Position numbers and translations under genes: made by a program. A DNA stretch of 64,000 nucleotides from Chloroflexota bacterium (GTDB taxonomy: Bacteria > Chloroflexota > UBA11872 > VXOZ01): the NCBI GenBank assembly GCA_965219505.1, contig OZ244775.1:2077418-2141417 (forward strand), written 5' to 3'. Positions 27,675 to 36,543 of the stretch are shown piece after piece. The notes beneath the pieces are model-generated. The model had not been told where the DNA came from. It saw nothing but the letters and a program-made list of their open reading frames with translations, and made no database searches. Numbering within the stretch: the first letter of the stretch is position 1; each line of letters starts with the position of its first letter.

Positions 27675-28763
27675 ATGGAGAAGCTGCAGGTTGGCTTTGT
27701 CGGTCTCCGCCGTGGCGGGGGCCTCGTGCGTGCCCTGGCCGCTCACCCCCGCGTCGACGTAGCCGCGCTATGCGATCTGAACGAAGAGACTCTGGCCACC
27801 ATGGGCAAGGACTTTAGCTTGCCGGAAAGCAGGCTCTACACCGCATTCGAGCACTTTGTCAACGCTCCGCTGGACGTCATCGTCATTGCGACACCCATCG
27901 AGTTCCACGCACAGCAGTCCATCGCCGCAATGGAAAGCGGCAAGCACGTGCTGTGCGAACAAACTGTAGCCTATACGCTGGACGAGTGCGCGGCAGTCAT
28001 CGCCGCCCAAGAGCGCACCGGCAACGTCTACATGATGGCGGAGAATTACTGCTACTTTCATTACATGCGCGAATGGCGCAAACTCATCGCAAAAGGCACA
28101 CTCGGCACACTTTTCTACGCGGAAGCGGAGTACGTCCATGAGATTGCCGATCTGCTGCGCGATCCGGAATCCGGCCAACCAAAGTGGCGGCTGCCTCGTG
28201 CCCCAATCTGGTATTGCGCGCACACGCTCGGCCCTGTGCTCACCCTCATGGATGACCGCATTGTGAAGGCTACCGGAGCATCCTCCGGCAGGAACATGCA
28301 TCCCGAAGAAGAGGGATTGGGCCACCTGGACATGGAAGTAGGCTTGTTCCAGACCCAGAGAGGCAACGTCGTCAAGATCTTGCGCAGCCAGGTGGCGCAT
28401 CGGCACCCGCACTCCGTCTACTACACGCTTTACGGGACCAAAGGCTTCATCGAAAACGGCCGCCACATCGACGACCGCGCCTCAACCGGACGCTACTTTA
28501 ATGTAGACACCATGTCCAAGCAGACCGGAGCAGAGGAGATTGCCTGTCCGACGATTGATCCCAATGCGCCGCCTGAAGCTCACCACGGAGGCCACGGCAC
28601 TTCCGAATACTTCATGGTGCAAGACTTCATTGCAGCCATCGACAATAATATGAAAGCGCCCATAGATGCCGTACGTGCCGTGGAGTTTACCGCACCCGGC
28701 ATCGTCGCTCACGACGCCGCCATGCAAAGCGGAGTTTGGCTGGACGTGCCGCAATTCCGCTAG
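27675..28763 (+). CDS. Gfo/Idh/MocA-family oxidoreductase
   Basis: N-terminal Rossmann fold LQVGFVGLRRGG. VLCEQTVA stands in place of the EKP motif. Confidence 0.85.
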   Translation: MEKLQVGFVGLRRGGGLVRALAAHPRVDVAALCDLNEETLATMGKDFSLPESRLYTAFEHFVNAPLDVIVIATPIEFHAQQSIAAMESGKHVLCEQTVAYTLDECAAVIAAQERTGNVYMMAENYCYFHYMREWRKLIAKGTLGTLFYAEAEYVHEIADLLRDPESGQPKWRLPRAPIWYCAHTLGPVLTLMDDRIVKATGASSGRNMHPEEEGLGHLDMEVGLFQTQRGNVVKILRSQVAHRHPHSVYYTLYGTKGFIENGRHIDDRASTGRYFNVDTMSKQTGAEEIACPTIDPNAPPEAHHGGHGTSEYFMVQDFIAAIDNNMKAPIDAVRAVEFTAPGIVAHDAAMQSGVWLDVPQFR

Positions 28764-28821
28764 AGCGAGCAATGCCTGTGCCGGTAGCCGGTGAGGCGCT
28801 CTTTGCTCGTGCTCTCCGGTA

Positions 28822-28842
28822 GCGCAGGTTTGCAACCTGCGC
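28822..28842 (+). repeat. Palindromic repeat family R3 (GCGCAGGTT-TGC-AACCTGCGC)
   Basis: Perfect 9-bp stem, 59 nt after the stop at 28763. Related copies lie at 57111-57131 and 58238-58254. Confidence 0.7.
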
Positions 28843-28974
28843 TCGCTCACTGCCAGGGAATCTATATTTTGGCCCGTTCCCATTTCCTTTTGGCCGGGAG
28901 AGAAATTGCCGCTCACCACTGGTAGTCGCGTGTTTAGTAAACGTACCTATAAGTAGTGAATCGAGGCACTAACT

Positions 28975-30390
28975 GTGGCGAACACTAACCGACCGAACAT
29001 CCTACACATCATGGTCGACCAGATGCGCTTCGACGTATTGGGCGTGAACGGGAGTCCGATCTGCCGCACGCCTACCCTGGACCGTCTCGCGCAAGAGGGC
29101 GTCAACTACGCCGAAGCCTATACCCCGGCGGGAATCTGTTCGCCCGCGCGCGCCTCCATGGTTACCGGGCGCTACTCGCACAATCACGGCATCTACAACA
29201 ACTGCCACATGGATGACACCATTCTCGCAGAGCTGCCGCCGGAGGAATTGACCTACAGCGAACTTCTGAACGAGCTCGGCTACCGCCTCGGACACGTCGG
29301 CAAGTGGCACATCGGGCGCGAAAACGGGCCCACGACGCGCGGCTTTCATGACGTCGGCGCACAGAGCATCGGCGATTACCGGCGGCAACTTGGCATTCCC
29401 GTCCGTCCGCCGACACCGCCGGACGCGGTCTATGCCACCTATCCTAACGAAGAGTTTCTCATCTCGGGCACGGAGCAGATACCGGAGGAGGGAAACCTTA
29501 TGTACTATTTCGCGGAAGAGGGCATGCGCCTGCTCCGCGAATATCAAGACCAACAGCCCTTCTACCTGCGCGTAGACTTCAACGGCCCGCACCACCCATA
29601 CGTAGTTCCCGAGCCGTGGGCGTCTCTCTACGACCCGCAAGAGATTCCACCGTGGCCGAACTTTCATGATACGCTCGAGAATAAGCCGCAGGTGCACACT
29701 CGGCACAAGTACCATCGCGGCGTGCAGGACTTCACCTGGGAGGATTGGCAGCCGGCCGTCGCCAAGTATTTCGGCTACGTCAGCTTCCTGGATTCGCTCT
29801 TCGCTAAGTTGCTGCAAACCTTAGACGATCTCGGCGTCCGTGATGAAACTCTCGTCATCTTCAATACCGATCATGGTGATTTTACCGGCAGCCACGGCCA
29901 ATTTAATAAAGGCCCGCTGCTCTACCAGGAGGTCTACCACGTTCCCATGGTCATGCGCTGGCCGGGGCAGATTCCTGCCGGTACCACGACCTCTCAATTC
30001 GTCAGCCTCATAGACATCATGCCCACGATACTGCAGGCAACAGACCTGCCTATCCCAGAGAATATCGATGGCAAAGCGCTTCAGCCGCTGTGGCGCAACC
30101 CACAGCGCGCAGCGTGGCGGGACTCTATAGGCTGCGAGTTCCACGGCGACGAATGCGGACTCTTCTCGTCGCGCCTGATACGTCACCAGCACTATAAGTA
30201 CGTGTACAACCCGCACGCCATCGACGAGCTATACGACTTGGAACGCGATCCCTATGAGTTGGAAAATCGGTGTGACGACCCGTCCTTCCGGGACATTCGA
30301 CACGACCTACAACGCCGCCTCATGGTCTGGATGAATGAAACTACCGATCCGTGGCGGCACTGGGCGGCAAAATGGCTGCCGCTTGACTAA
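28975..30390 (+). CDS. Cys-type sulfatase (arylsulfatase family), no signal peptide
   Basis: NILHIMVDQMRFD and the fGly signature ICSPARASMVTGRY (CxPxR). GTG start. Confidence 0.9.
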   Translation: MANTNRPNILHIMVDQMRFDVLGVNGSPICRTPTLDRLAQEGVNYAEAYTPAGICSPARASMVTGRYSHNHGIYNNCHMDDTILAELPPEELTYSELLNELGYRLGHVGKWHIGRENGPTTRGFHDVGAQSIGDYRRQLGIPVRPPTPPDAVYATYPNEEFLISGTEQIPEEGNLMYYFAEEGMRLLREYQDQQPFYLRVDFNGPHHPYVVPEPWASLYDPQEIPPWPNFHDTLENKPQVHTRHKYHRGVQDFTWEDWQPAVAKYFGYVSFLDSLFAKLLQTLDDLGVRDETLVIFNTDHGDFTGSHGQFNKGPLLYQEVYHVPMVMRWPGQIPAGTTTSQFVSLIDIMPTILQATDLPIPENIDGKALQPLWRNPQRAAWRDSIGCEFHGDECGLFSSRLIRHQHYKYVYNPHAIDELYDLERDPYELENRCDDPSFRDIRHDLQRRLMVWMNETTDPWRHWAAKWLPLD

Positions 30391-30448
30391 CGTCTCCCAG
30401 TCACTGGCCCTATCCGGCAAGTGATGAACGGAGCGACAGCTTCTCAAC

Positions 30449-30479
30449 GTAGCGCGGGGATTGTCCCCCGCTTGAGACG
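30449..30479 (-). repeat. Hairpin repeat family R4 (GCGGGGGACAAKCCCCCGC)
   Basis: The reverse complement, CGTCTCAAGCGGGGGACAATCCCCGCGCTAC, matches CGTCTGCAGGCGGGGGACAAGCCCCCGCGCTAC at 45820-45852. Confidence 0.7.
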
Positions 30480-30615
30480 ATGTGTGAGTGGACTGGTTCG
30501 GCTGGTATGCTAGTTGTGCTCGGGAATTGAACTGAAACACGGCCCAGTTGCATAGGTACGTAATGGTGCTTGGGACTAGCCACTCAGGAAACAGAAAGCA
30601 GCAAACCCACGAAAA

Positions 30616-31989
30616 ATGAGTATTCGCACCGACAAGCTCATCACCACCTCTCAGATGCAAGCCGTCCTCGACAGCCTGGATCGAATTGCGTTGTACACCG
30701 ATGTCCTGGATAGCGCAATTGGGCGAGAATATTGTGCCATGCTGGGCCATGCGTCAACGGGCGAATCGCCTTCCCAATTCGTGTCGGCGGTAGCATGTTT
30801 GAGCGGCCTACTTGCCGAGCACGCCGAGCTACATGCTACGGAATCGTTTGGAGACGCTTGGCAAGACTATCTTCTCACGCGCCTGTTGGAGGCCGAGAAT
30901 GCCTTCACTCGCAAGGCCGAACTCGCCGGCCATGACGATTTGAGCCCAGCGCTCTTCACTCTGGCGGAGCAAGACCTCGCCATTGTCCAACGGCTCTTTA
31001 CTCTCAATGGCGCCATCTTGAGAGACTTTGCGGTAGAGCAAGGCTGGGATGAGGCGCTACCGTACCTGGCATGGGAGGACTTTTGTTCTCCCGAACCATC
31101 CGGTAACCACACGCCCCAGGCAGAGACACAAGAGGCGCTCTCTGCAATGCAAGACTGGCGGGAAGCCGTCCCCCTGCTCACCTCACACTACCGCCAGCAT
31201 GGTACCGGCGACTTCGCCCGTTACCGCGCCTTTCGCTGGGTGCACACTACGCGCGGCGGCCGTTTGCAAGGTATTGCGCAACCGGATCCCATCCGCTTGG
31301 ATGAACTCATCGGCGACGAGCGCCAGCGCCGGCTTCTTATGCAAAACACCGAGCAACTGCTCGCGGGGTACCGCGCCAACAACGTGTTGCTCTGCGGCGA
31401 TCGCGGCACTGGAAAGTCCTCTTCCATCAAGGCGCTGCTGCACCGCTACGGTGACAGTGGGCTACGCCTCATTGAAGTTGCCAAAGAGCATCTCAACAAC
31501 TTTCCCGACATCCTGGTGGAACTCCAGGTGCGACCGCAGTCATTTGTCATCTTCGTGGACGACCTCTCATTCGAACCCCACGAGACTGACTACAAAGCCT
31601 TGAAGGCCATCCTGGAAGGAAGCGTCGCGGCGCAGCCCCGCAACGTCGTCATCTACGCCACGTCGAATCGCAGCCACCTCATCCGCGAAAACTTCTCTGA
31701 TCGCACGGGAATTCTCGATGGCGAAGTCCATCCTAAAGAGACGCTGCAAGAGACCTTCTCGCTCAGCGACCGGTTCGGTATCCGTGTCACCTTTGTTTCA
31801 CCTTCCCAGGCGCAGTATCTTGCCATCGTTGCGGCCCTTGCCGAACAACGCAGCCTGCCCATCACTGCGCAAATGCTCCGTTCCCGCGCCATCACGTGGG
31901 CACAGCAGCAGAACGGCTTCTCCGGTCGCACGGCGCGCCAGTTTATGGACTTCCTGGAAGGTGAGTTGGGAGCTAGCAAGTCGTTCTAG
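30616..31989 (+). CDS. DUF815-type P-loop ATPase with ~200-aa N-terminal extension
   Basis: Contains NNVLLCGDRGTGKSSSIKALL, FVIFVDDLSFE, YKALKAILEGS and VVIYATSNRSHLI. Confidence 0.8.
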   Translation: MSIRTDKLITTSQMQAVLDSLDRIALYTDVLDSAIGREYCAMLGHASTGESPSQFVSAVACLSGLLAEHAELHATESFGDAWQDYLLTRLLEAENAFTRKAELAGHDDLSPALFTLAEQDLAIVQRLFTLNGAILRDFAVEQGWDEALPYLAWEDFCSPEPSGNHTPQAETQEALSAMQDWREAVPLLTSHYRQHGTGDFARYRAFRWVHTTRGGRLQGIAQPDPIRLDELIGDERQRRLLMQNTEQLLAGYRANNVLLCGDRGTGKSSSIKALLHRYGDSGLRLIEVAKEHLNNFPDILVELQVRPQSFVIFVDDLSFEPHETDYKALKAILEGSVAAQPRNVVIYATSNRSHLIRENFSDRTGILDGEVHPKETLQETFSLSDRFGIRVTFVSPSQAQYLAIVAALAEQRSLPITAQMLRSRAITWAQQQNGFSGRTARQFMDFLEGELGASKSF

Positions 31990-32166
31990 GCTCGCAGCTC
32001 CTCGCAGGCCCTTGTTCAGGAAAGGCGCGACCTGGCTCGCTGGCACAGTCAGGTCGCCCAACACGCTAGTGTGTTAGCTTGCGTGCGGGGGATGTTCCAT
32101 CCGCTCCACAATTGCATTCTCTTGCCATATGCCTGTGGACCAATCTACGTTCCGGAGGTTTTCCTC

Positions 32167-32195
32167 TTGACAATTACAGGTCGAAAATCTATACT
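32167..32195 (+). promoter_or_regulatory. Sigma-70-type promoter, TTGACA-17 nt-TATACT
   Basis: Exact -35 at 32167-32172 and -10 TATACT at 32190-32195, about 80 nt upstream of ATG 32278. Confidence 0.6.
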
Positions 32196-32277
32196 TTTCG
32201 CAACAGCGATTAGATTGAAGGATGCTCGCATCGCTGTATAGAGTTCTAGGCTGAAGTGCGAACGGGAGAATGATGCA

Positions 32278-33675
32278 ATGTCTGACTTTCACATTACGCG
32301 ACGACGGCTGATTGGTACCGGCGCCACCATTGGGGCGGCCGGTCTCCTAGCTGCGTGCGGGCAGGCACAGATGACCGGTGGTGAAGCGGCGTCAGCGGAT
32401 GAAGAGACATCCACAGAAGCAGCTCAGCCTGAAACCATGGAAGTGGTGAACCTTGTCTACGCGTCGCCGGAGAGCCCGGCGCGACAGGAGAAGGAAATCG
32501 CCATCTTCAACGACTTCAACGCGCAGCACGCCAACATTCAGGTTGAGGTAGCGGGTCAGGCCGGTGGCTGGCGCGGCGTATATGAGAAGTTCATGACCGC
32601 CCACGCTGGCGGCGTAACCTTAGACTTCGTTCACAACGGCTGGTTGACGTGGGACCGCATGTACCAGGCTGGCGCCATTCTCGATCAGACTGAGTTCTTC
32701 AAAGCCGACAAGCTTGTGCCCGAAGAACTATTCATCGAGTCTTCCCTATTCGAATGGGTGCTCGACGGCGTGCTGGGCGGCATGCCCATCAGCACCTCTT
32801 CCGATGCCATGGCGTACAACAAGGACATGTTTGCCGAGGCCGGTCTAGAAGAGCCGCCGGTGGACGTAAACGCCAAGTGGTGGAATATGGACACGTTCCT
32901 CGAATACGCGCAGAAGCTGACCGGTGATGGACAGTTCGGCTTTGGCGGCAGCTTGGGCGGCGGTAACGCGGCGGGCGAGACCACCGGAACCTACTTTGGC
33001 CAGGGCCCGTGGGACGATGACAAGAAAGTGGCCTTCATCAACTCACCCGGCATCATGCAGGGACTTGAATTCTGGCGGGACGTGACCGAGGTCAAATACC
33101 ACGTACAGCCCAACCCAGACGAGACCAATGCGTTGAAGGGCGGCCAGCGCATGAATACCTTCGTCACGGGTAAGATCGGCATGCAGGTCTCCTTCATCAA
33201 CCAGGATACGAACTTCAACTGGGCAGCCGGCACGTTGCCGTACGACGGTGACGGTCCCAGCAGGTCAGCGCGCATTTCAAACCACGGTCTGCAGATCGGC
33301 AATGCGGGGACGGAAGAGGCCGTGTGGACAGTGTTCACGTGGTTCATGACACCGGAGAACGCCGGACGCTTCCCGCGCACTGCCGGCCACGTCGTCTCAC
33401 CGTTCATAGACCCAGCGTACTCTGAAGTCTCCCAGGATGTCTTCCGCAATCAGCTTGGTATCGATCCCAGGGCGTACTTCCTCCAGGCCCAGCAGACACG
33501 TCCCCACGGTTGGGGCATGTTGAAGTACAGTGCCTGGGAGAAGATCAAGGCTGAGGCGCGTCCGCGCTATCGCGAGGAGTACCAACTTGGCAAAGTCGAT
33601 ACGCGGGAGTATGCGGACTGGTTCCAGAAACTCATCACCGACGAGATGAGCGCCTACTTCTCAGGCGGAGGGTAG
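32278..33675 (+). CDS. ABC transporter substrate-binding lipoprotein with Tat-type signal (no adjacent permeases)
   Basis: Twin-arginine signal plus lipobox TRRRLIGTGATIGAAGLLAACG, then a Ser/Glu-rich linker. The body resembles a family-1 sugar-binding protein. Confidence 0.85.
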   Translation: MSDFHITRRRLIGTGATIGAAGLLAACGQAQMTGGEAASADEETSTEAAQPETMEVVNLVYASPESPARQEKEIAIFNDFNAQHANIQVEVAGQAGGWRGVYEKFMTAHAGGVTLDFVHNGWLTWDRMYQAGAILDQTEFFKADKLVPEELFIESSLFEWVLDGVLGGMPISTSSDAMAYNKDMFAEAGLEEPPVDVNAKWWNMDTFLEYAQKLTGDGQFGFGGSLGGGNAAGETTGTYFGQGPWDDDKKVAFINSPGIMQGLEFWRDVTEVKYHVQPNPDETNALKGGQRMNTFVTGKIGMQVSFINQDTNFNWAAGTLPYDGDGPSRSARISNHGLQIGNAGTEEAVWTVFTWFMTPENAGRFPRTAGHVVSPFIDPAYSEVSQDVFRNQLGIDPRAYFLQAQQTRPHGWGMLKYSAWEKIKAEARPRYREEYQLGKVDTREYADWFQKLITDEMSAYFSGGG

Positions 33676-33708
33676 CGGAACAGCAAACCAGTAGCAGAGT
33701 AGAGACTG

Positions 33709-33742
33709 GGTAGCGGGGTCGGCACATGCCGACCCCGCTACC
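33709..33742 (+). terminator. Intrinsic-terminator-like hairpin after the binding-protein gene
   Basis: GGTAGCGGGGTCGGCA-CA-TGCCGACCCCGCTACC is followed by GTTTC. It lies 34 nt after the stop at 33675. Confidence 0.55.
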
Positions 33743-33917
33743 GTTTCACTGGGATTCTCCAACTCATGGTTCCTTATAACTACCTGGCGCGGCACGCCTG
33801 CAAAATCGCCAAGCTGAATCCTATAGAGTAAGATTAGCCGTGTAAGTGAACGCATCTCTTTACGCTGTGTAGAAGAACTCCACTGCTGCGCCGTGAAGAT
33901 AAGGGGCCCCGAACCAA

Positions 33918-35402
33918 ATGTCCGCTGCACAACCCAACATCCTACTCATTACCACGGACCAGCAGCGGTTTGATACTATTGGTGACGCCAAACCGCCTTT
34001 TCTCCGCACCCCGCACATTGATTTGCTGGGCTACCAAGGTGTGCAGTTCACCCGGGCCTATGCCGATTGCCCGCTCTGCGTGCCTGCGCGAATCGGCATC
34101 ATGACCGGCACACAGGTGTTCACGCACGGCGTGGCTAACAACGAACAGACCTCCCAGATAATGGAAAGAGACGCAACGCTTCCAACCTACCTACGCGCAT
34201 GCGGCTATCAGACTGCCGCTATCGGCAAGATGCACTTTGGACCCCAACGTGTGCGCCACGGCTTTGAGGAGATGATCCTGCCGGATGACTACTATCGCCA
34301 GATGCGCCACTCCGGCAACGCCCAGCAACCAATGCACCACGGCCTCGGCCAGAATGAACTCTACCCTACCCTGGCTACCGTACCGGAGAGCCTTACCATG
34401 ACCTCCTGGATCGCCGAGCAGTGCGTGGAGTACATTCTCGTGCGCCGCGATCCCACGCTCCCGTTCTTCCTTTGGTGCTCGTTCGCCAAACCGCATCCCC
34501 CGCTCGACGCGCCAGAGCCGTACTATTCGATGTATCAGAACAGCCCAATACCGAAACCGGCCATTGGCGAGTGGCGCGATAGCGCGGACTGCCCCATATC
34601 GTTCCAGCGCCAAGCGCAGCGGCGCGCATTTGACAGCATTCCCGATGAGGCTATCCACGCTGCTCGCGCCGTGTACTACGGGCTTATCACGCAGATCGAT
34701 CATGTCATCGGCCGCATCATCAGCGCCTTGGAGGACAGCGGCCTCTTCAATGACACGTTCATCATGTTTGCCTCCGATCACGGCGAAATGCTGGGCGATC
34801 ATCGCAACGGCGCTAAGACCTTCTTCTACGAACCGGCCGCCCGCGTGCCGTTCATTTTGCGCATGCCGCAGAGTTGGAATAACCGCCGTCATGGTACAAC
34901 GGTAGACTCGCCTATTACCCACGCCGACATTCTGCCGACACTCGTAGGGGTAGCCGGTAGGACTGCCCCGGTCGATAGTGACGGCCAAGACCTGGTTGCG
35001 CTGGCGCGGGACGAACTTGAGCACCCCCGCCGGTACTTAGAGGCCATGAGCGGCCCCCGATGGCCGCAGGCCGAGCGCATCCCCTGCGTCTATCTGGCAC
35101 TTACCGATGGGCAGTGGAAGTATATCTGGTACCCCGAAGGGCCCACAGAACAGCTCTTCAATCTGGCTGGGGACCCGTCGGAACTCCACAATCTGGCTGG
35201 CGAGGCACGCTGCGCAAGACAGAAACAGGAGCTCAAGAGCGAGCTGATCGCAAGGCTGCAGGCACGAGAATCAGTCTATTTGGAGGACGGCAATCTTCCT
35301 GCGCGAGAGCCTCAAGGTGACACCACTGCCGACCGCCGGAATACGGCAACCAATCACGCGGGATTCCGTACCGAATACAGCGATCTTGACGTCCGTCACT
35401 AG
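33918..35402 (+). CDS. Cys-type sulfatase, no signal peptide
   Basis: NILLITTDQQRFD and the fGly signature LCVPARIGIMTG (CxPxR). Confidence 0.9.
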   Translation: MSAAQPNILLITTDQQRFDTIGDAKPPFLRTPHIDLLGYQGVQFTRAYADCPLCVPARIGIMTGTQVFTHGVANNEQTSQIMERDATLPTYLRACGYQTAAIGKMHFGPQRVRHGFEEMILPDDYYRQMRHSGNAQQPMHHGLGQNELYPTLATVPESLTMTSWIAEQCVEYILVRRDPTLPFFLWCSFAKPHPPLDAPEPYYSMYQNSPIPKPAIGEWRDSADCPISFQRQAQRRAFDSIPDEAIHAARAVYYGLITQIDHVIGRIISALEDSGLFNDTFIMFASDHGEMLGDHRNGAKTFFYEPAARVPFILRMPQSWNNRRHGTTVDSPITHADILPTLVGVAGRTAPVDSDGQDLVALARDELEHPRRYLEAMSGPRWPQAERIPCVYLALTDGQWKYIWYPEGPTEQLFNLAGDPSELHNLAGEARCARQKQELKSELIARLQARESVYLEDGNLPAREPQGDTTADRRNTATNHAGFRTEYSDLDVRH

Positions 35403-35605
35403 GCGAAGCAGCACACGCGGCATGGCATGGGTACAATAGTTTTGTCCGTGCAGAGGGCACGCCACTTCGGGACGAAGGGACAGGGAGAACGCCGCTTCTC
35501 GTGGAGCGGTAGGAATTGAGCAGAGCATGAGCAGCGGGAGCTGGCACGCACTCCCGCAGGCAAGCGCAAGCGTATCAAGCTGAGTAGCAGAACAAGGAGC
35601 TCGAC

Positions 35606-36442
35606 ATGCCAAGCAACTTACTAGAGGTCTTTACGAATTGTTACGGCCGTTATGGAGTGCGCGCGGCGATAGATCTCGCGCCGCAGGCCGGCATCACCCA
35701 CCTCGAACTCGCCATGAAACAGCACGGCGGCGTGCTGGAGATTCCCGAGGACGTTGTCGCCAGTGAGAAGTTGGGTGACGAAGGCATTCAGAATCTAAAG
35801 AAAGAATTGGATGCGCACGGTCTCACCGTAATCAGCGCGAATGGGTCAGATAACCTCATGGACCCTGATGGATTTGCCCGTATTGCGGAACGGATGCGTC
35901 TTGCAGCAGGCATCGGCGCCAAGTATTTCGTCGGCTTGGGCGGCGAACCGGCTGAGGTAGATCGGAAAGACTTCTTTGACAAGATGGGGGCCATTGGCGA
36001 CGTGGCGGCCAGTCACGGACTGACCATTGCCCTTGAGACGCACCCGGGCATTACCCAAAACGCGGGTGCAATCTTAGACACCATGCAGGCCCTGCAGCAT
36101 GATGCCATCCGCATTAATTTCGACACGGGCAACATCCTCTTTTACAACGAAGGGGCCGATGTTTACAAGCAGCTAGAGACGGTGATGGACTACGTGGTGC
36201 ACATGCATTTGAAGGACAGTCGCGGCGGCTATCGCGACTGGTACTTCACGGCAATGGGGGATGGCGGCGCTGTAGACTTTGCGCGAATAGGCGAAATAAC
36301 CAACAACGCAGGTTTCTTCGGCCCGTACAGCTTGGAGATCGAGGGCATTAGGGACGAGCCGGAACCGACTTTGGAGCAGCGCCAGGAGCGCGTCGTCCGC
36401 AGCGTGGAACACCTGCGGTCCGTCGGATTCCTCTCTAATTGA
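35606..36442 (+). CDS. Sugar phosphate isomerase/epimerase (xylose-isomerase-like TIM barrel)
   Basis: Contains ALETHPG, INFDTGNILFY and VHMHLKD. Confidence 0.8.
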   Translation: MPSNLLEVFTNCYGRYGVRAAIDLAPQAGITHLELAMKQHGGVLEIPEDVVASEKLGDEGIQNLKKELDAHGLTVISANGSDNLMDPDGFARIAERMRLAAGIGAKYFVGLGGEPAEVDRKDFFDKMGAIGDVAASHGLTIALETHPGITQNAGAILDTMQALQHDAIRINFDTGNILFYNEGADVYKQLETVMDYVVHMHLKDSRGGYRDWYFTAMGDGGAVDFARIGEITNNAGFFGPYSLEIEGIRDEPEPTLEQRQERVVRSVEHLRSVGFLSN

Positions 36443-36543
36443 GACCCTAAACCGATCCCGCCTGCTATTTGGGGAGGTCGGAGTCGCTAACGGGAGATCC
36501 CCAAGAGCGGCTGCTTGAGAAATTGGCGCATCCCTTGGTAGCT

